DNA from: an uncultured Collinsella sp.
GTDB lineage: Bacteria; Actinomycetota; Coriobacteriia; Coriobacteriales; Coriobacteriaceae
Length of the DNA stretch: 43,470 bases
NCBI GenBank assembly: GCA_900549535.1
Contig: UROR01000001.1
Coordinates: forward strand, 1 to 43,470
Direction of reading: 5' to 3'
Part shown: piece by piece, positions 31,301 to 40,997 of the stretch
How positions within the stretch are numbered: the stretch's first letter is position 1
Layout: each line of letters opens with the position of its first letter
Program-made: the position numbers and the translations under genes
The notes under the pieces: model-generated
What the model was told of the DNA's origin: nothing
Seen by the model: the letters and a program-made list of their open reading frames with translations, nothing else
Databases searched by the model: none

Positions 31301-31761
31301 AAACGGTAATAATTGATCCCGCGAAAGCCACAACTGACAAAAACGGTAATGCGACGAGCACGGTCAATTTCAATCCAAAGAACTATGAGCTCAAGGACCT
31401 TAAAAATGGCTCCAAGACCTTCACGTACTATGTGCGCGAGAAGGAAGAACGCTCAACCTATCCTCATTACAAGTTCGATCAGTCGGTCTACGAGATTAAG
31501 GTCGTGGCAACGGATAACGCCAAGGGCGAAATTGACTGCAAAGTAACCTACAAGCAGATTTTGGATCGTGATGGCAAGCCGGTGGACACCGACGCTGACA
31601 CCCCCACCTTCACCAACACCTACTCCACCTCTTTGCCCCTTTCTGGTATGTCGGGCGTCACTCTGACGTACCTTGCCGGCGCGGCGGTGCTTTGCGCTGC
31701 TGCGGCCTGGATGCACATTCGTCGCAAGGCGAATGCGAAGGGAGGTGAGCGTCGTGAATAA
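28396..31761 (+). CDS. Large sortase-anchored surface protein, probable pilus tip adhesin (Gly-rich beta-helix-like region plus Spy0128/FctA-like domains)
   Basis: Signal peptide, acidic linker, repeated GG.I.GN.A..GGG motifs, K.LTGR.L...EF.F and TF.NTY motifs, LPLSG + TM + basic tail; RBS GGAGGAGG. Confidence 0.8.
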   Translation: MTANSNKSKQGNKAAHRVIAGVMCGASVLSLVLSLVMPPISQAIANDAQAAPTEEPVMGGGSSSESTDVDNTTNGDTENQNSDETEGGEADSSNGVEQGQSEDQPEGELQVEDGESSDDGAVMAAAEGGQTKAASDEIKNVDDLKTKLANASGVASFKLMNDVETSEMITLGNGSNITLNLNGHKIKYTNQSQSLFNITGGATLTIKDLIKDSDFKDSDPEKESEEVSEVKKLNNQGQNFNPDNYGKAAEFVYNDDIPSSLTYYVTESSPSTADITKTTETLFKYSVNIYGAIVACNSRVSLIKLNDKDCTFNLQGGVLTQKNNCNVDGLIYAQNGSVNMSGGYVCGASMGRNGAGAGIHVENSTLEISGGVIAGNYAPSGGGVYAMNSTVNMDGGIISGNGTNKDQRGYGAGICAENSSVTITNGYITNNKYQFYVNEESGWKHLGFGCHGGGGIAALSSGEGQTNGSLAINGGYITGNYSAEAGGGVYAGAWKRALSSFTFSGGTIASNVAQNSEGGGIRIAAPTVGKFNVSGTKAYITNNTTNTTNDWGGGGVFVQGSSDNNVQPASLGIYNALITNNHANGFGGGFAACPTGKTAITDTNGIAIFGNTDEKGTNRSGGTNGKSEDWDADPNGGENGGEITPDFINAGHEDLFLIHDSTNFETNPYIAAVTGQMLGGGAANWSGTIDKKTPTSIGKYEGAQAKYRIGLKSEPIQEDKDAATAAATLYISGNKSNIVGGGIMTNGDVVAGSTQEVKVYPKMKLNGTKVLTGRELKNEEFEFMLLKQGADKRAPSFGSDGTLQPNGCSVVNTVKNDGYGKFAFDLGEVYADDDLVYYLVEVPGADKDVINYDNTIYKIDPTVVEDTSRTHSVLGITYTYYKVESVSVTKVKNDGTGAKASETESAAIAAAEGENAATITLTKGATFTNTYTSSGSWTPQVIKKVDGGEMKAFTFELANEDDPNFKKPETVIIDPAKATTDKNGNATSTVNFNPKNYELKDLKNGSKTFTYYVREKEERSTYPHYKFDQSVYEIKVVATDNAKGEIDCKVTYKQILDRDGKPVDTDADTPTFTNTYSTSLPLSGMSGVTLTYLAGAAVLCAAAAWMHIRRKANAKGGERRE

Positions 31762-33424
31762 GAAGTTTAACTCCTTCCCGATCTTGTTTGCGCTGCTTGC
31801 CCTCCTGATCGGCACCTGCGCGGTTGTGTTCCCCGCCTCCGCGCAGGCCGCGCCGACCTCGACCGGTTCCATCACGGTGAGCGGCACCGTAGCGAGCAGC
31901 TACGACGCCTATCAGATCTTTAGCGCCGATGTCTCCGACGGCGACAACGACGCCAAGGTCTACTCCCAGATCGCCTGGGCAAGCGACGCCGCGCGCGACG
32001 CCGTCCTGCCCGTGCTGCACAGCGCCGGCATGCCCAAGTCCCAGACCACCGCGCAGGAAGCTGCCGAGTGGCTCAACGCCGATTCTCACCTTACGAGCGC
32101 GCTGAGCGCACAGCTCGCTCGTTCCCTCCAGAGCTCCGGCGCCGTGTCCGTGCCCCTTAACGCGGGCACGGCGGCCGAGCTGCCCTGCGGCTACTGGCTC
32201 ATCGTCGCCGACGACGACGCCATCGCCCAGAACGAGGCCGGCACCGCGCCGATCATGGCCCTGGTCGGCGGCAGCGCCGTCACCGTCAAGCCCAAGGCCG
32301 CGACGCCCAAGGTGGCCAAGCACGTGCTGGAGGACAGCACGGCCGCGTGGCAGAAGGCCGCCGACGCCACGGTCGCCGACGACCTGTACTGGCGCCTTTC
32401 CGCCACCGTCCCGGCGGGGCTTTCCGCCTACGATACCTACGCGGTGCAGTTCGTCGACACCATGAGCGCGGGGCTCGACCCCTCCAAGGTCGCCGCGAGC
32501 ATGCGCGTGTACGTTGCGGCGGGCGCGGACGGCGGCTTTGACGCCGTTCAGACCGGCAAGGACGGGCGCGCCGGCACCGAGCCCGCGAAGGGCTGGACCG
32601 ATATCACGGCCCAGTGCGCCACCAAGGTAGCGGCCGACGGCAAGACCTTCACCGTGCGCACCGGCGACCTGGTCGCCGCGCTCGGCGGGGCCGACGCCTT
32701 CGCCGCGGGCGCCCGCGTGGTCGCCGTGTACAACGCGCCGCTCAACAGCGCGTGCAACCACGGCATCGCGAAGGGCAACCCCAACGAGGTCTACCTGCGC
32801 TACCCGCGCTCTCCCTTTGCCGACCAGTCCGGCGATGCCGGCTTCACCCGCACGCCGAGCGACGATGCGTGCGCCTACACCTGGGATCTCGCGCTCACCA
32901 AGCGCGGCAGCGACGGCGACAAGCCGCTTGCCGGGGCGGTCCTGAGCATCGCCGACGACCGCGGTCGCACGCTGGCGGCCGACGGCACGTGGGATGCGGA
33001 GGGCAAGGCCACCGTCACCACGGGCGAGGACGGCCGCGTGACCGTCTCGGGCGTGGACTCGGGCAAGCTGGAGGTCCGCGAGCTCAAGGCGCCCAAGGGC
33101 TACACCGCCTTTGAGGGCACGCGCTCTGTGACGGTCAAGGCCGAGGGCCTGGACGTCGACCAGGTGGCCGCCGCCAAGCCCAAGCTCACCATCACGGCCG
33201 AGTCGCCCCTGCGCGCCGACAGCGCGGACGGGTCGACGGGCAGCCTGGAGGCGTCGCTCATCAACACGCCCACCGGCACACCCCCTAGCATTACCACCGG
33301 AGGCTTTATGCCCTCGACTGGCGATATGGCAATGTACGCCGCGGCCGCCGCAGCGGTCGCCGGAGCCGCGCTCATCGTGGTCGCGCTCCTGGTCAAGCGG
33401 GGAGGTGGCAGCCATAAAGAGTAG
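31754..33424 (+). CDS. Pilin-like isopeptide-domain protein (SpaH/EbpB-like, ancillary)
   Basis: Signal peptide, VKPK pilin-like motif, GNPNEVYLRY, E-box RELKAPKGY, MPSTG + TM + basic tail. Confidence 0.8.
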   Translation: MNKKFNSFPILFALLALLIGTCAVVFPASAQAAPTSTGSITVSGTVASSYDAYQIFSADVSDGDNDAKVYSQIAWASDAARDAVLPVLHSAGMPKSQTTAQEAAEWLNADSHLTSALSAQLARSLQSSGAVSVPLNAGTAAELPCGYWLIVADDDAIAQNEAGTAPIMALVGGSAVTVKPKAATPKVAKHVLEDSTAAWQKAADATVADDLYWRLSATVPAGLSAYDTYAVQFVDTMSAGLDPSKVAASMRVYVAAGADGGFDAVQTGKDGRAGTEPAKGWTDITAQCATKVAADGKTFTVRTGDLVAALGGADAFAAGARVVAVYNAPLNSACNHGIAKGNPNEVYLRYPRSPFADQSGDAGFTRTPSDDACAYTWDLALTKRGSDGDKPLAGAVLSIADDRGRTLAADGTWDAEGKATVTTGEDGRVTVSGVDSGKLEVRELKAPKGYTAFEGTRSVTVKAEGLDVDQVAAAKPKLTITAESPLRADSADGSTGSLEASLINTPTGTPPSITTGGFMPSTGDMAMYAAAAAAVAGAALIVVALLVKRGGGSHKE

Positions 33425-33532
33425 CTGGCAGCCCCACAGAGAGCGGGGCGAGACGTAGCGAAGTAGATGCTAAGACACAGACAGATGATGACCGATCGAA
33501 TGAGAATCAAACGGAAAACGGAGGAAAAGAAG

Positions 33533-35362
33533 ATGAGCATGAGCAAGAACATCGCACGCCTGGCAGTAACCGCCGGCCTCACGGCAGCGCTGAGCTTCGG
33601 TGGCGTCATGGCCCCGGTGACCATGGCGTTTGCAGCGGGCAACACGACCGTTACGTTCGATTACGGTGACTACGCTGGATCAACGACTTATAAGGGCATT
33701 CAAATCTTCGCTGCTGACGTAAATGGCTCCACTGTAAAGAACATTCAGTGGGCGGGCACAAACGTGACAGAGCAACAGGCAATTCAGGACGCAGTTGTTC
33801 GTGCAATTCAGAAAAAAGAGCCTGCCTACAACAAAACGACTGCCCAGGATGCCGCTGATTGGCTGAACGAGAAGTCAGGCGTGACTGGGAGCACTTCTCA
33901 GGTCGCAAGCGATAATGTTCTGAGCATGATCGCCGACAATTTGAAGAACAATGCAACGTGGCAGGAGACGTCTGCCGCACAGCCGTCTCTTTCCAATCTT
34001 GACGCCGGCTACTGGCTGTTCCTCACTGATACGACGGTAAAGCCCCAGGACAAGTCGACCGATGCTTATTCAGCTCCGGTGTACGCTCTTATTGACGGTA
34101 CGGACACAACTGTGAATATTACCCCTAAGAAGAGCGTCCCCACGGTTGAAAAGAAGATTCTTGATGATAACAAGGCGGAGGATAACCTCACGACCGTGCC
34201 TGTGAAAGATTGGGATGACGTCGCCGATTCGCAGATCGGCCAGGAGGTCAATTACAAGCTCACCGGCACGATCGCCAGCAACTACGCTACTTACGATAGC
34301 TATACCTATAAGTTCACTGACACCCTTTCCAAGGGCCTCAGCTATGTTGGTGGCCAAACTCAAGTTTTTGCTGTAAACAAAGATCAGAACAACATTGATC
34401 AATATGCCGACATTACAGAGAACTTTACTGTGACGCCAACCACCAATGCTGATGGAACTACCACCTTGGCTATTAACGCTAATGCGGGAGAGCACGGTAA
34501 GTATCTCAAGGAGATTTCAAAGGTAGACGCCAGCACTCAGATAGTCGTCTTCTACAAGGCGGTGCTCAACGGCAATGCCGTGATTGGTAACACTACTGAC
34601 AATACTCAGAAGGGCGGCAACCCCAACACCGTTAAGCTTGAGTACTCCAACAACCCGTATGGCGTTGGCACGGGCACGACGATCGAGGACACCGTCGCCG
34701 ACTTTGCGTTCAAGCTCAACCTCAAGAAGGTCGACCAGGGCACCGAGCAGGGCCTTGAGAATGCCGTCTTCACCATCCAGTCCGCGGACAAGAATACCGA
34801 AAACCAGTATATTGCCTCGACGGAGGGTACTGTTGATGGCGTCAGTGTCGTCGCGGGTCAGCTCGTGACCGTCACCAATACTGAAAACCTTCCCGAGTGT
34901 GTGAAGTTCACGTCCGACAAAGAAGGCAAGATCTCCGTTTCCGGCCTCGACGCCGGCTCCTACAAGGTGACTGAGGTCCAGACCCCCGACCCTGCCAAGT
35001 ACCCCACCAAGGCCGACCCCTTCACCTTCATCATCACCGCGACGTATAACAAAGACACGATGAAGGTGAAGACCCTTGAGGCAAAGGTGTCTGAGGCAGA
35101 CGAGAAGCGCACCGACATCGCCTTCGGCAAGCTTGACGGTAATGTCGGCGACAATGCTCTTCATGGTCAAGAAAACACCGGCACCAACGCTGATGCCGGC
35201 GAGGTCACCATCAATGTCGGCAACACCAAGTCCGTGGGCCTCCCGCTGACCGGCCTTAACGGCGTGACTTTCACTTGGATCGCCGGTGGCGCGGTGCTGT
35301 GCATCGGCGTGGCGCACCTCATCCGCAGCCGTAAGCAGGCTGAGGAGTCCGAGCAGGAGTAA
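33533..35362 (+). CDS. Probable major (backbone) pilin
   Basis: Signal peptide, ITPKK.VPTVEKKI, FTDTLSKGL, GNPNTVKLEYSNNP, E-box YKVTEVQTP, LPLTG + TM + basic tail. Confidence 0.85.
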   Translation: MSMSKNIARLAVTAGLTAALSFGGVMAPVTMAFAAGNTTVTFDYGDYAGSTTYKGIQIFAADVNGSTVKNIQWAGTNVTEQQAIQDAVVRAIQKKEPAYNKTTAQDAADWLNEKSGVTGSTSQVASDNVLSMIADNLKNNATWQETSAAQPSLSNLDAGYWLFLTDTTVKPQDKSTDAYSAPVYALIDGTDTTVNITPKKSVPTVEKKILDDNKAEDNLTTVPVKDWDDVADSQIGQEVNYKLTGTIASNYATYDSYTYKFTDTLSKGLSYVGGQTQVFAVNKDQNNIDQYADITENFTVTPTTNADGTTTLAINANAGEHGKYLKEISKVDASTQIVVFYKAVLNGNAVIGNTTDNTQKGGNPNTVKLEYSNNPYGVGTGTTIEDTVADFAFKLNLKKVDQGTEQGLENAVFTIQSADKNTENQYIASTEGTVDGVSVVAGQLVTVTNTENLPECVKFTSDKEGKISVSGLDAGSYKVTEVQTPDPAKYPTKADPFTFIITATYNKDTMKVKTLEAKVSEADEKRTDIAFGKLDGNVGDNALHGQENTGTNADAGEVTINVGNTKSVGLPLTGLNGVTFTWIAGGAVLCIGVAHLIRSRKQAEESEQE

Positions 35363-35927
35363 CGCTTGCTCGCCCATCCCTTTGGCAGGTGGGATGTGAT
35401 GGCCATGAGACTTGCGGACACTTTTCTCGTCCATCGACGTTCTAGCTTTGCCATTCTCTTTTCGGGGCAGACTCCGCACTGGAGTTTGCCCCGTTCTTTT
35501 TGGACAGCACAAGCAGCTTCCACCGTCCGATGCGGACTCATCCGTCATCGCGTTTTTTGACTCGTATGAGGTTCGGTTTAAGGTCCGTAGGCGCACGCGC
35601 GGTGCGGACGGTAGAAGGCATTTGCGCCGCAACAAGCGCAAATAAGAATGCCCGGGGTTAGAGGCCCGGGCATTTAACAAAACCAGAAAACTAGGCCGCC
35701 CGCGCTTTCGAACACTTACGCGGGGTGCGTCGCTTTCTATTGACATTGTATCCCGAATCGCCCCGCCGATTCGGGACATTTTGAAAACTCAAATGCTGGC
35801 TTATCCTCGACTGGACGGTGCGGTCTAGCCGTGTTGTCGGGCGGAGGAGCCTGCTAATCGGCTATTATTTGTTTAGACAACCTGAGCTGTAGAGGAGTGA
35901 CCGGCGATGGTGCAGGGCGCCAAACAT

Positions 35928-36842
35928 ATGAAGAGCGATAACGCTGCGACCAACGGCGGCTCAAGCCCACAACCCAAGCCCAAGGGCGGTAAGCGTCGTC
36001 GCAAGCGGCTGCCGCGCTGGGCCGACCGGCTCATCACCATCGTCATCATCCTTATCGGCGTGGGCCTTATGACCTGGCCATGGATCTTGGACCGGCTCGA
36101 GGCCTCGAGCGTGTTTAACCAGATCAGCACCGTGTCCAGCACCGTAGACGCGCTGTCTGCCGAGGAGCGCGAGCGCATCCTGCTCCAGGCGCGCTCCTTT
36201 AACGAGCAACTGGCGGGCGAGGCCACCGAGCTTCCCGCCGATCAGATCGAGCCCTACGCCCAGCAGCTCATCTTTGACCGCGACCCCATGATGAGCTGGG
36301 TCGAGATCCCCTCCATCGACGTGAGCATGCCCATCTACCACGGAACGAGCGAGGAGGTCCTTATGGCGGGCGTCGGCCACCTGGAGGGCACGAGCCTGCC
36401 GGTGGGTGGCACCTCGACGCATTGCGTGCTCACCGCGCACTCGGGCATGCGCAACCTGAGCATGTTCGACGACATCCACTCGCTGGAGCCCGGCGACCTG
36501 GTGCTGCTGCACACCATGAACAAGACGCTCGCCTACAAGATGGTGGACTCCGAGGTGGTGCTGCCCGAGGAGATGGAGTCGCTGACCATCGAACCCGGCG
36601 CCGACAAGGTGACGCTCGTCACCTGCACGCCCTACGGCGTGAACGACCATCGCCTGCTGGTGCATTGCGTGCGCACCAAGTACAGCAAGAAGGACGTCGA
36701 CAAGCAAAAGTCGCTGGCCGGCCGCCACTGGGGCAAGCGCGAGTTTGCCGTGCTCATCGTGGTCGTGGCCATTGTGCTGTTGCTGCTGGACATCGTGATC
36801 CACGCGGTCCGCAAGCGCCGCAAGGCTAAGGCCTCGGCATAG
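35928..36842 (+). CDS. Class C (pilus) sortase
   Basis: GHLEGTSLPVGG, LTAHSG, TLVTCTPYGVN.HRLLV, N- and C-terminal TM segments; the start could be 35907. Confidence 0.95.
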   Translation: MKSDNAATNGGSSPQPKPKGGKRRRKRLPRWADRLITIVIILIGVGLMTWPWILDRLEASSVFNQISTVSSTVDALSAEERERILLQARSFNEQLAGEATELPADQIEPYAQQLIFDRDPMMSWVEIPSIDVSMPIYHGTSEEVLMAGVGHLEGTSLPVGGTSTHCVLTAHSGMRNLSMFDDIHSLEPGDLVLLHTMNKTLAYKMVDSEVVLPEEMESLTIEPGADKVTLVTCTPYGVNDHRLLVHCVRTKYSKKDVDKQKSLAGRHWGKREFAVLIVVVAIVLLLLDIVIHAVRKRRKAKASA

Positions 36843-36856
36843 GGCATTCTCCAGAA

Positions 36857-36889
36857 CCACCGCAATAGGGACAGGCACCTTTGTGGTGG
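36857..36889 (+). repeat. 33-bp REP-like palindrome (family A, diverged)
   Basis: CCACCGCAATAG-GGACAGGCA-CCTTTGTGGTGG. Confidence 0.8.
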
Positions 36890-36900
36890 CCGGGGCTTCC

Positions 36901-36965
36901 AAACCATCACAACATTCGATGAAAATCTCGATTTTGGCGAAAAACGTCGAATGTTGTGATGGTTA
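36901..36965. repeat. 65-bp palindrome (family B, solo copy 4)
   Basis: AAACCATCACAACATTCGA ... TCGAATGTTGTGATGGTTA. Confidence 0.9.
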
Positions 36966-37145
36966 TCGTTGTGGGCGGGACGGTTTTCGCTATGGACGGC
37001 GCGGTTTCGCTGCAGAATCGCCAGCCTGCCGCCTGCCAGCCGCCGCCCTCGTTACGTTTTCGCTGCATTTGGGTAAAGCACCTGCTCCAAGCGGCGTTGC
37101 CCTGTATACTAGAGCGGTTTAACTGTTATGCGGAAGGGAGCGCCT

Positions 37146-37457
37146 ATGGCACTCAGCGAGAAAGACGTGCGCGGCATCGCCGAGTACGCAAAGATCGCAC
37201 TGACCGATGACGAGCTCACCCAGATGACGTCCTACCTGAACGACGCCGTCCAGATGCTCGAGCCCGTCCTGCAATATGACTTGCCCGACGTGGAGCCCAC
37301 GTTCCATCCTATCGGAAGCCTGTCCAACGTGATGGGCGATGACCTGCGCGAGCCCGAGCGCGATCTGCCGCTCGACGTCGCGCTCGAGAACGCCGGCAGC
37401 GTGCGCGACCGCTACTTCCGCGTGCCGTCCATTTTGGGAGAGGGGGAGAGCGAGTAA
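37146..37457 (+). CDS. gatC: Asp/Glu-tRNA amidotransferase subunit C
   Basis: Small ORF with VEPTFHP and YFRVPSIL, directly upstream of gatA. Confidence 0.92.
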   Translation: MALSEKDVRGIAEYAKIALTDDELTQMTSYLNDAVQMLEPVLQYDLPDVEPTFHPIGSLSNVMGDDLREPERDLPLDVALENAGSVRDRYFRVPSILGEGESE

Positions 37458-38971
37458 TGGCGCAGAGCTTCGATTCCCTTACCGCCGCCCAGATTGCCGC
37501 AGGCGTTGCCGCCGGCGACTTTACCGCTACCGAGGTGGCCCAGGCCTCCCTTGCTGCCATCGAGGCGCGCGAGGGCGGGGTCCAGGCATTCCTGCAGGTG
37601 TCGCCCGAACTTGCGCTCGAGGCCGCCGCGCGCGTGGATGCCGACCGTGCCGCAGGCAAGCCGCTGCCCCCGCTTGCGGGCGTGCCGCTGGCCATTAAGG
37701 ACAACATGAACCTCGTGGGCACGCGCACCACCTGCGCTTCGCGCATGCTCGAGGACTACCAGAGCGTCTACACCGCCACCTGTGTCCAGCGCATGCTCGA
37801 TGCCGGCTGCCTGCCCATGGGCAAGGCCAACATGGACGAGTTTGCCTTTGGCAGCTCCACCGAGAGCTCGGCGTTCCACCGCACCAACAACCCCTGGGAT
37901 ACCGAGCGCGTGCCCGGCGGCTCCTCGGGCGGCTCCGCTGCAGCCGTCGCCGCGGGCGAGGTCGCGCTCTCGCTGGGCTCGGATACCGGCGGCTCCATTC
38001 GCCAGCCGGCGTCGCTGTGCGGCGTGGTGGGCTTTAAGCCCACGTATGGCGCCGTGAGCCGTTACGGCGTGGTCGCCTTTGGCTCGTCGCTCGACCAGGT
38101 GGGCCCCTTTGGCCGCACGGTCGAGGATGTCGCGCTGGCCATGAACGCGCTTACCGGCGCGGGCCACGATCCATACGACTGCACCAGCCAGGATTGCGCC
38201 GTCGACTTTACCGAGCATCTCAACGACAGCATCGAGGGTAAGCGCGTGGGCATCATCCCCGCGTTTATGGAGGCCGAGGGCCTGACGCCCGAGGTCAAGG
38301 CCGCTGTTCAGCGCGCCGCCCAGGAGCTGCAGAACCAGGGCGCCGAGCTGGTCGAGGTCGACCTGCCGCACCTGGACGCCGCTATCGCCGCCTACTACGT
38401 CATCGGCCCGGCCGAGGCGTTCTCCAACCTGGCCCGCTTCGACGGCATTCGCTATGGCTATCAGGAGGAGGGCTGCGCCAACCTGTCCGACCAGAGCTCG
38501 CTTTCGCGTGCCCACGGCTTTGGTGCCGAGGCCAAGCGCCGTCAGATGCTTGGCGCCTACCTGCTGAGCTCGGGCGTGTACGACAAGTACTACTACGCTG
38601 CGCAAAAGGCCCGCACGCTCATCACGCAGGACTACGACGCCGCGTATGCCAAGGTGGACACCATCCTCATGCCCGCCTCGCCGCGCACGGCCTTTAAGTT
38701 TGGCGAGATCAGCGACCCTACGCAGATGTACCTCTCCGACCTGTACACCATCTCGCTCAACATTTGCGGCAACGGTGGTATCTCGGTGCCGCTGGGTCTG
38801 GGCGAGGACAGCAAGCTGCCCGTTTCTGCCCAGCTGGTGGGTCCGGCGTTTAAGGACCGTCAGCTGCTCACGTTTGCCCGCGCCCTGGAGCGCGGCTTTG
38901 CCGATGTCGCCACGGGTGCGTCCGCGCTTTCCGTCGCGCCCGATTTTGCCGGGAAGGGAGGCGAGCTGTAA
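37457..38971 (+). CDS. gatA: Asp/Glu-tRNA amidotransferase subunit A
   Basis: GKANMDEFAFGSSTE, PGGSSGGSAAAVA, GSDTGGSIRQPAS, SNLARFDGIRYG. Confidence 0.97.
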   Translation: MAQSFDSLTAAQIAAGVAAGDFTATEVAQASLAAIEAREGGVQAFLQVSPELALEAAARVDADRAAGKPLPPLAGVPLAIKDNMNLVGTRTTCASRMLEDYQSVYTATCVQRMLDAGCLPMGKANMDEFAFGSSTESSAFHRTNNPWDTERVPGGSSGGSAAAVAAGEVALSLGSDTGGSIRQPASLCGVVGFKPTYGAVSRYGVVAFGSSLDQVGPFGRTVEDVALAMNALTGAGHDPYDCTSQDCAVDFTEHLNDSIEGKRVGIIPAFMEAEGLTPEVKAAVQRAAQELQNQGAELVEVDLPHLDAAIAAYYVIGPAEAFSNLARFDGIRYGYQEEGCANLSDQSSLSRAHGFGAEAKRRQMLGAYLLSSGVYDKYYYAAQKARTLITQDYDAAYAKVDTILMPASPRTAFKFGEISDPTQMYLSDLYTISLNICGNGGISVPLGLGEDSKLPVSAQLVGPAFKDRQLLTFARALERGFADVATGASALSVAPDFAGKGGEL

Positions 38972-40647
38972 TGAAGGAGCTTTCCGAGGTCCTGCAGGAT
39001 TGGGAGGCCGTGATCGGCCTGGAGATCCATACCGAGCTCACCGCACTCGATACCAAGATGTTCTGCAACTGCAAGCTCAGCCACGATGACGAGCCCAACG
39101 CCAACGTGTGCCCGGTGTGCCTGGGCCTGCCCGGCGCCCTGCCGGTGCCCAACAAGCGCGCCATCGAGAGCATCGTCAAGGCCGGTCTCGCCACCAACTG
39201 CGAGATCCAGCGCCACTCGATGTTCTACCGCAAGCACTACTTCTATCCCGATATGGCCAAGAACTTCCAGACCACGCAGGGTCCGGTCGCCTTTGCCATG
39301 TACGGTCACCTGGACCTGGACGTGACCGGTCGCGGTGCCGCCGAGCGCCCCGACTGCGCGTTTGGCGAGGCCGAGGCCCAGAGCCTGGCGAGCGCCTCGG
39401 CCAACGCCGAGGGCCTGTCCACGTCCATGACGTCGTCCATGCGCGAGGGCAACCAGCGCGCCGGCCACCTGGCCAGCTATGACGCGTCCAACCTGCAGAT
39501 GCCCGAGCGTCGCGAGGACGGTTCCTACACGGTACCCATCCGCATTTTGCGCATCCACATGGAGGAGGACGCCGCCAAGATGGTCCACGTGGGTGGTGCC
39601 GAGGGCCGCATTACCGCCGCGGCCGAGTCGCTCGTCGACTACAACCGCTGCGGCACGCCGCTGATTGAGCTCGTCACCGAGCCCGACTTGCGTACGCCCG
39701 AGGAGGCCCGCCTGTTTATGGAGAAGCTCCGTCGCATCTTTGTGACGCTGGGCATTTCCGATTGCTCCATGGAGAAGGGTTCCATGCGCTGCGACGGCAA
39801 CGTGTCGCTGCGCCGCCGCGGCGAGACCAAGCTGGGCACCAAGACCGAGCTCAAGAACCTCAACTCGTTCAAGAGCCTGCACGACGGTCTTGCCTACGAG
39901 ATCTGCCGCCAGGCCGAGGTGCTCGAGGAGGGCGGCATCATCTACCAGGAGACCCGCCACTGGGAGCCCAGCCGCAAGCGCACCGTGGTCATGCGTGTGA
40001 AGGAGACGGCCGACGACTATCGTCTGTTCCCCGATCCCGACCTGGCGCCGTTCGACCTGGACGACGAGTTCATCGACCGTTGCCGTGGCGAGATCCCCGA
40101 GCTGCCCGATGCCAAGTGCGCCCGTTTTGAGGCCGACTTTGGCATTAAGACGGCCGACGCCGAGCAGATCGCCGGCGACCCGGAGTTTGCCGACTTCTTT
40201 GAGGCCGCCGCTGCCGGTATGGCCGGCAAGGAGGCCCAGACGGTCGCAAACCTGCTGGTCAACGAGATGATCGCCTACCTCAAGGGCGCGGGCGTCTCGT
40301 TGTCCGAGTCCGGCATTGCACCGGCTCAGGTGGCAGCCCTTGCCAAGCTGCTGGCGACCGATGCCATCAGCTCCAACCAGGCGCACGAGGTCTTTGAGGC
40401 CATGGCCCAGACCGGCGACGACCCCAACAAGATCGTCGACGAGCGTGGTATGCGTCAGGTGAGCGATGCCGGCGCGCTACAGCCGATTGTGGACGAGGTA
40501 CTGGCAAACTGTTCCGAGCAGGCGCAGCAGTATCGTGATGGCAACCAGAAGGTCATCGGCTTTTTGGTGGGCCAGTGCATGAAGGCGAGCCGCGGCAAGG
40601 GCAACCCGAAGCTCTTCAACGAGTTGCTGAGAACGTCGCTCTCGTAG
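38971..40647 (+). CDS. gatB: Asp/Glu-tRNA amidotransferase subunit B (with internal insertion)
   Basis: VIGLEIH, RKHYFYPD, HMEEDAAK, PLIELVTEPD, MRCDGNVS, ELKNLNS, Yqey-like tail. Confidence 0.97.
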   Translation: MKELSEVLQDWEAVIGLEIHTELTALDTKMFCNCKLSHDDEPNANVCPVCLGLPGALPVPNKRAIESIVKAGLATNCEIQRHSMFYRKHYFYPDMAKNFQTTQGPVAFAMYGHLDLDVTGRGAAERPDCAFGEAEAQSLASASANAEGLSTSMTSSMREGNQRAGHLASYDASNLQMPERREDGSYTVPIRILRIHMEEDAAKMVHVGGAEGRITAAAESLVDYNRCGTPLIELVTEPDLRTPEEARLFMEKLRRIFVTLGISDCSMEKGSMRCDGNVSLRRRGETKLGTKTELKNLNSFKSLHDGLAYEICRQAEVLEEGGIIYQETRHWEPSRKRTVVMRVKETADDYRLFPDPDLAPFDLDDEFIDRCRGEIPELPDAKCARFEADFGIKTADAEQIAGDPEFADFFEAAAAGMAGKEAQTVANLLVNEMIAYLKGAGVSLSESGIAPAQVAALAKLLATDAISSNQAHEVFEAMAQTGDDPNKIVDERGMRQVSDAGALQPIVDEVLANCSEQAQQYRDGNQKVIGFLVGQCMKASRGKGNPKLFNELLRTSLS

Positions 40648-40653
40648 CTGCGA

Positions 40654-40796
40654 GGCCGGGGAAGCCCCGAGTCGCCGGGGTATTTCCTCCAAATTTCAAA
40701 CAGTCCTATGCAAGACGAAGGCCACATTTAGTGGCCTTCTTTGCATGCGGAACTCATTTGGAGCAAACACCCCGGCGACTCGGGGCTTCCCCGGCC
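40654..40796. repeat. 143-bp nested palindrome with 28-bp perfect outer arms
   Basis: GGCCGGGGAAGCCCCGAGTCGCCGGGGT and its exact reverse complement at 40769-40796; inner stems CTCCAAAT/ATTTGGAG and GAAGGCCAC/GTGGCCTTC. Confidence 0.85.
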
Positions 40797-40797
40797 A

Positions 40798-40997
40798 GAC
40801 GACTCGGCCGTTCGGGTCAGGCGGGCTGAATGAAATAGAGTGAATGGGCGCGCCGTTGGCACGCCCGTTGTTTTGAGGGGAACTCATTGAGTGGCAAGGC
40901 CCTGTGCCCGGCCCCTCGGTTCCGTGACGACTCGGCCGTTCGGGTCAGGTGGGCTGATATAAATAGAGTGAATGGGCGCGCCGTTGGCGCGTCCATT
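40798..40997 (+). repeat. About 70-bp direct repeat, two copies 128 bp apart, each ending in a terminator-like hairpin
   Basis: GACGACTCGGCCGTTCGGGTCAGG.GGGCTGA...AAATAGAGTGAATGGGCGCGCCGTTGGC at 40798 and 40926. Confidence 0.85.

Noticed and set aside
35363..35906. ncRNA or small gene between the pilin and sortase genes
   Set aside because: Only isolated hairpins (e.g. ATGCCCGGG...CCCGGGCAT) and short ORFs with atypical codons; nothing assignable.
39331..39513. Intein in GatB
   Set aside because: Too short and lacks the N-terminal Cys/Ser block and the C-terminal His-Asn.
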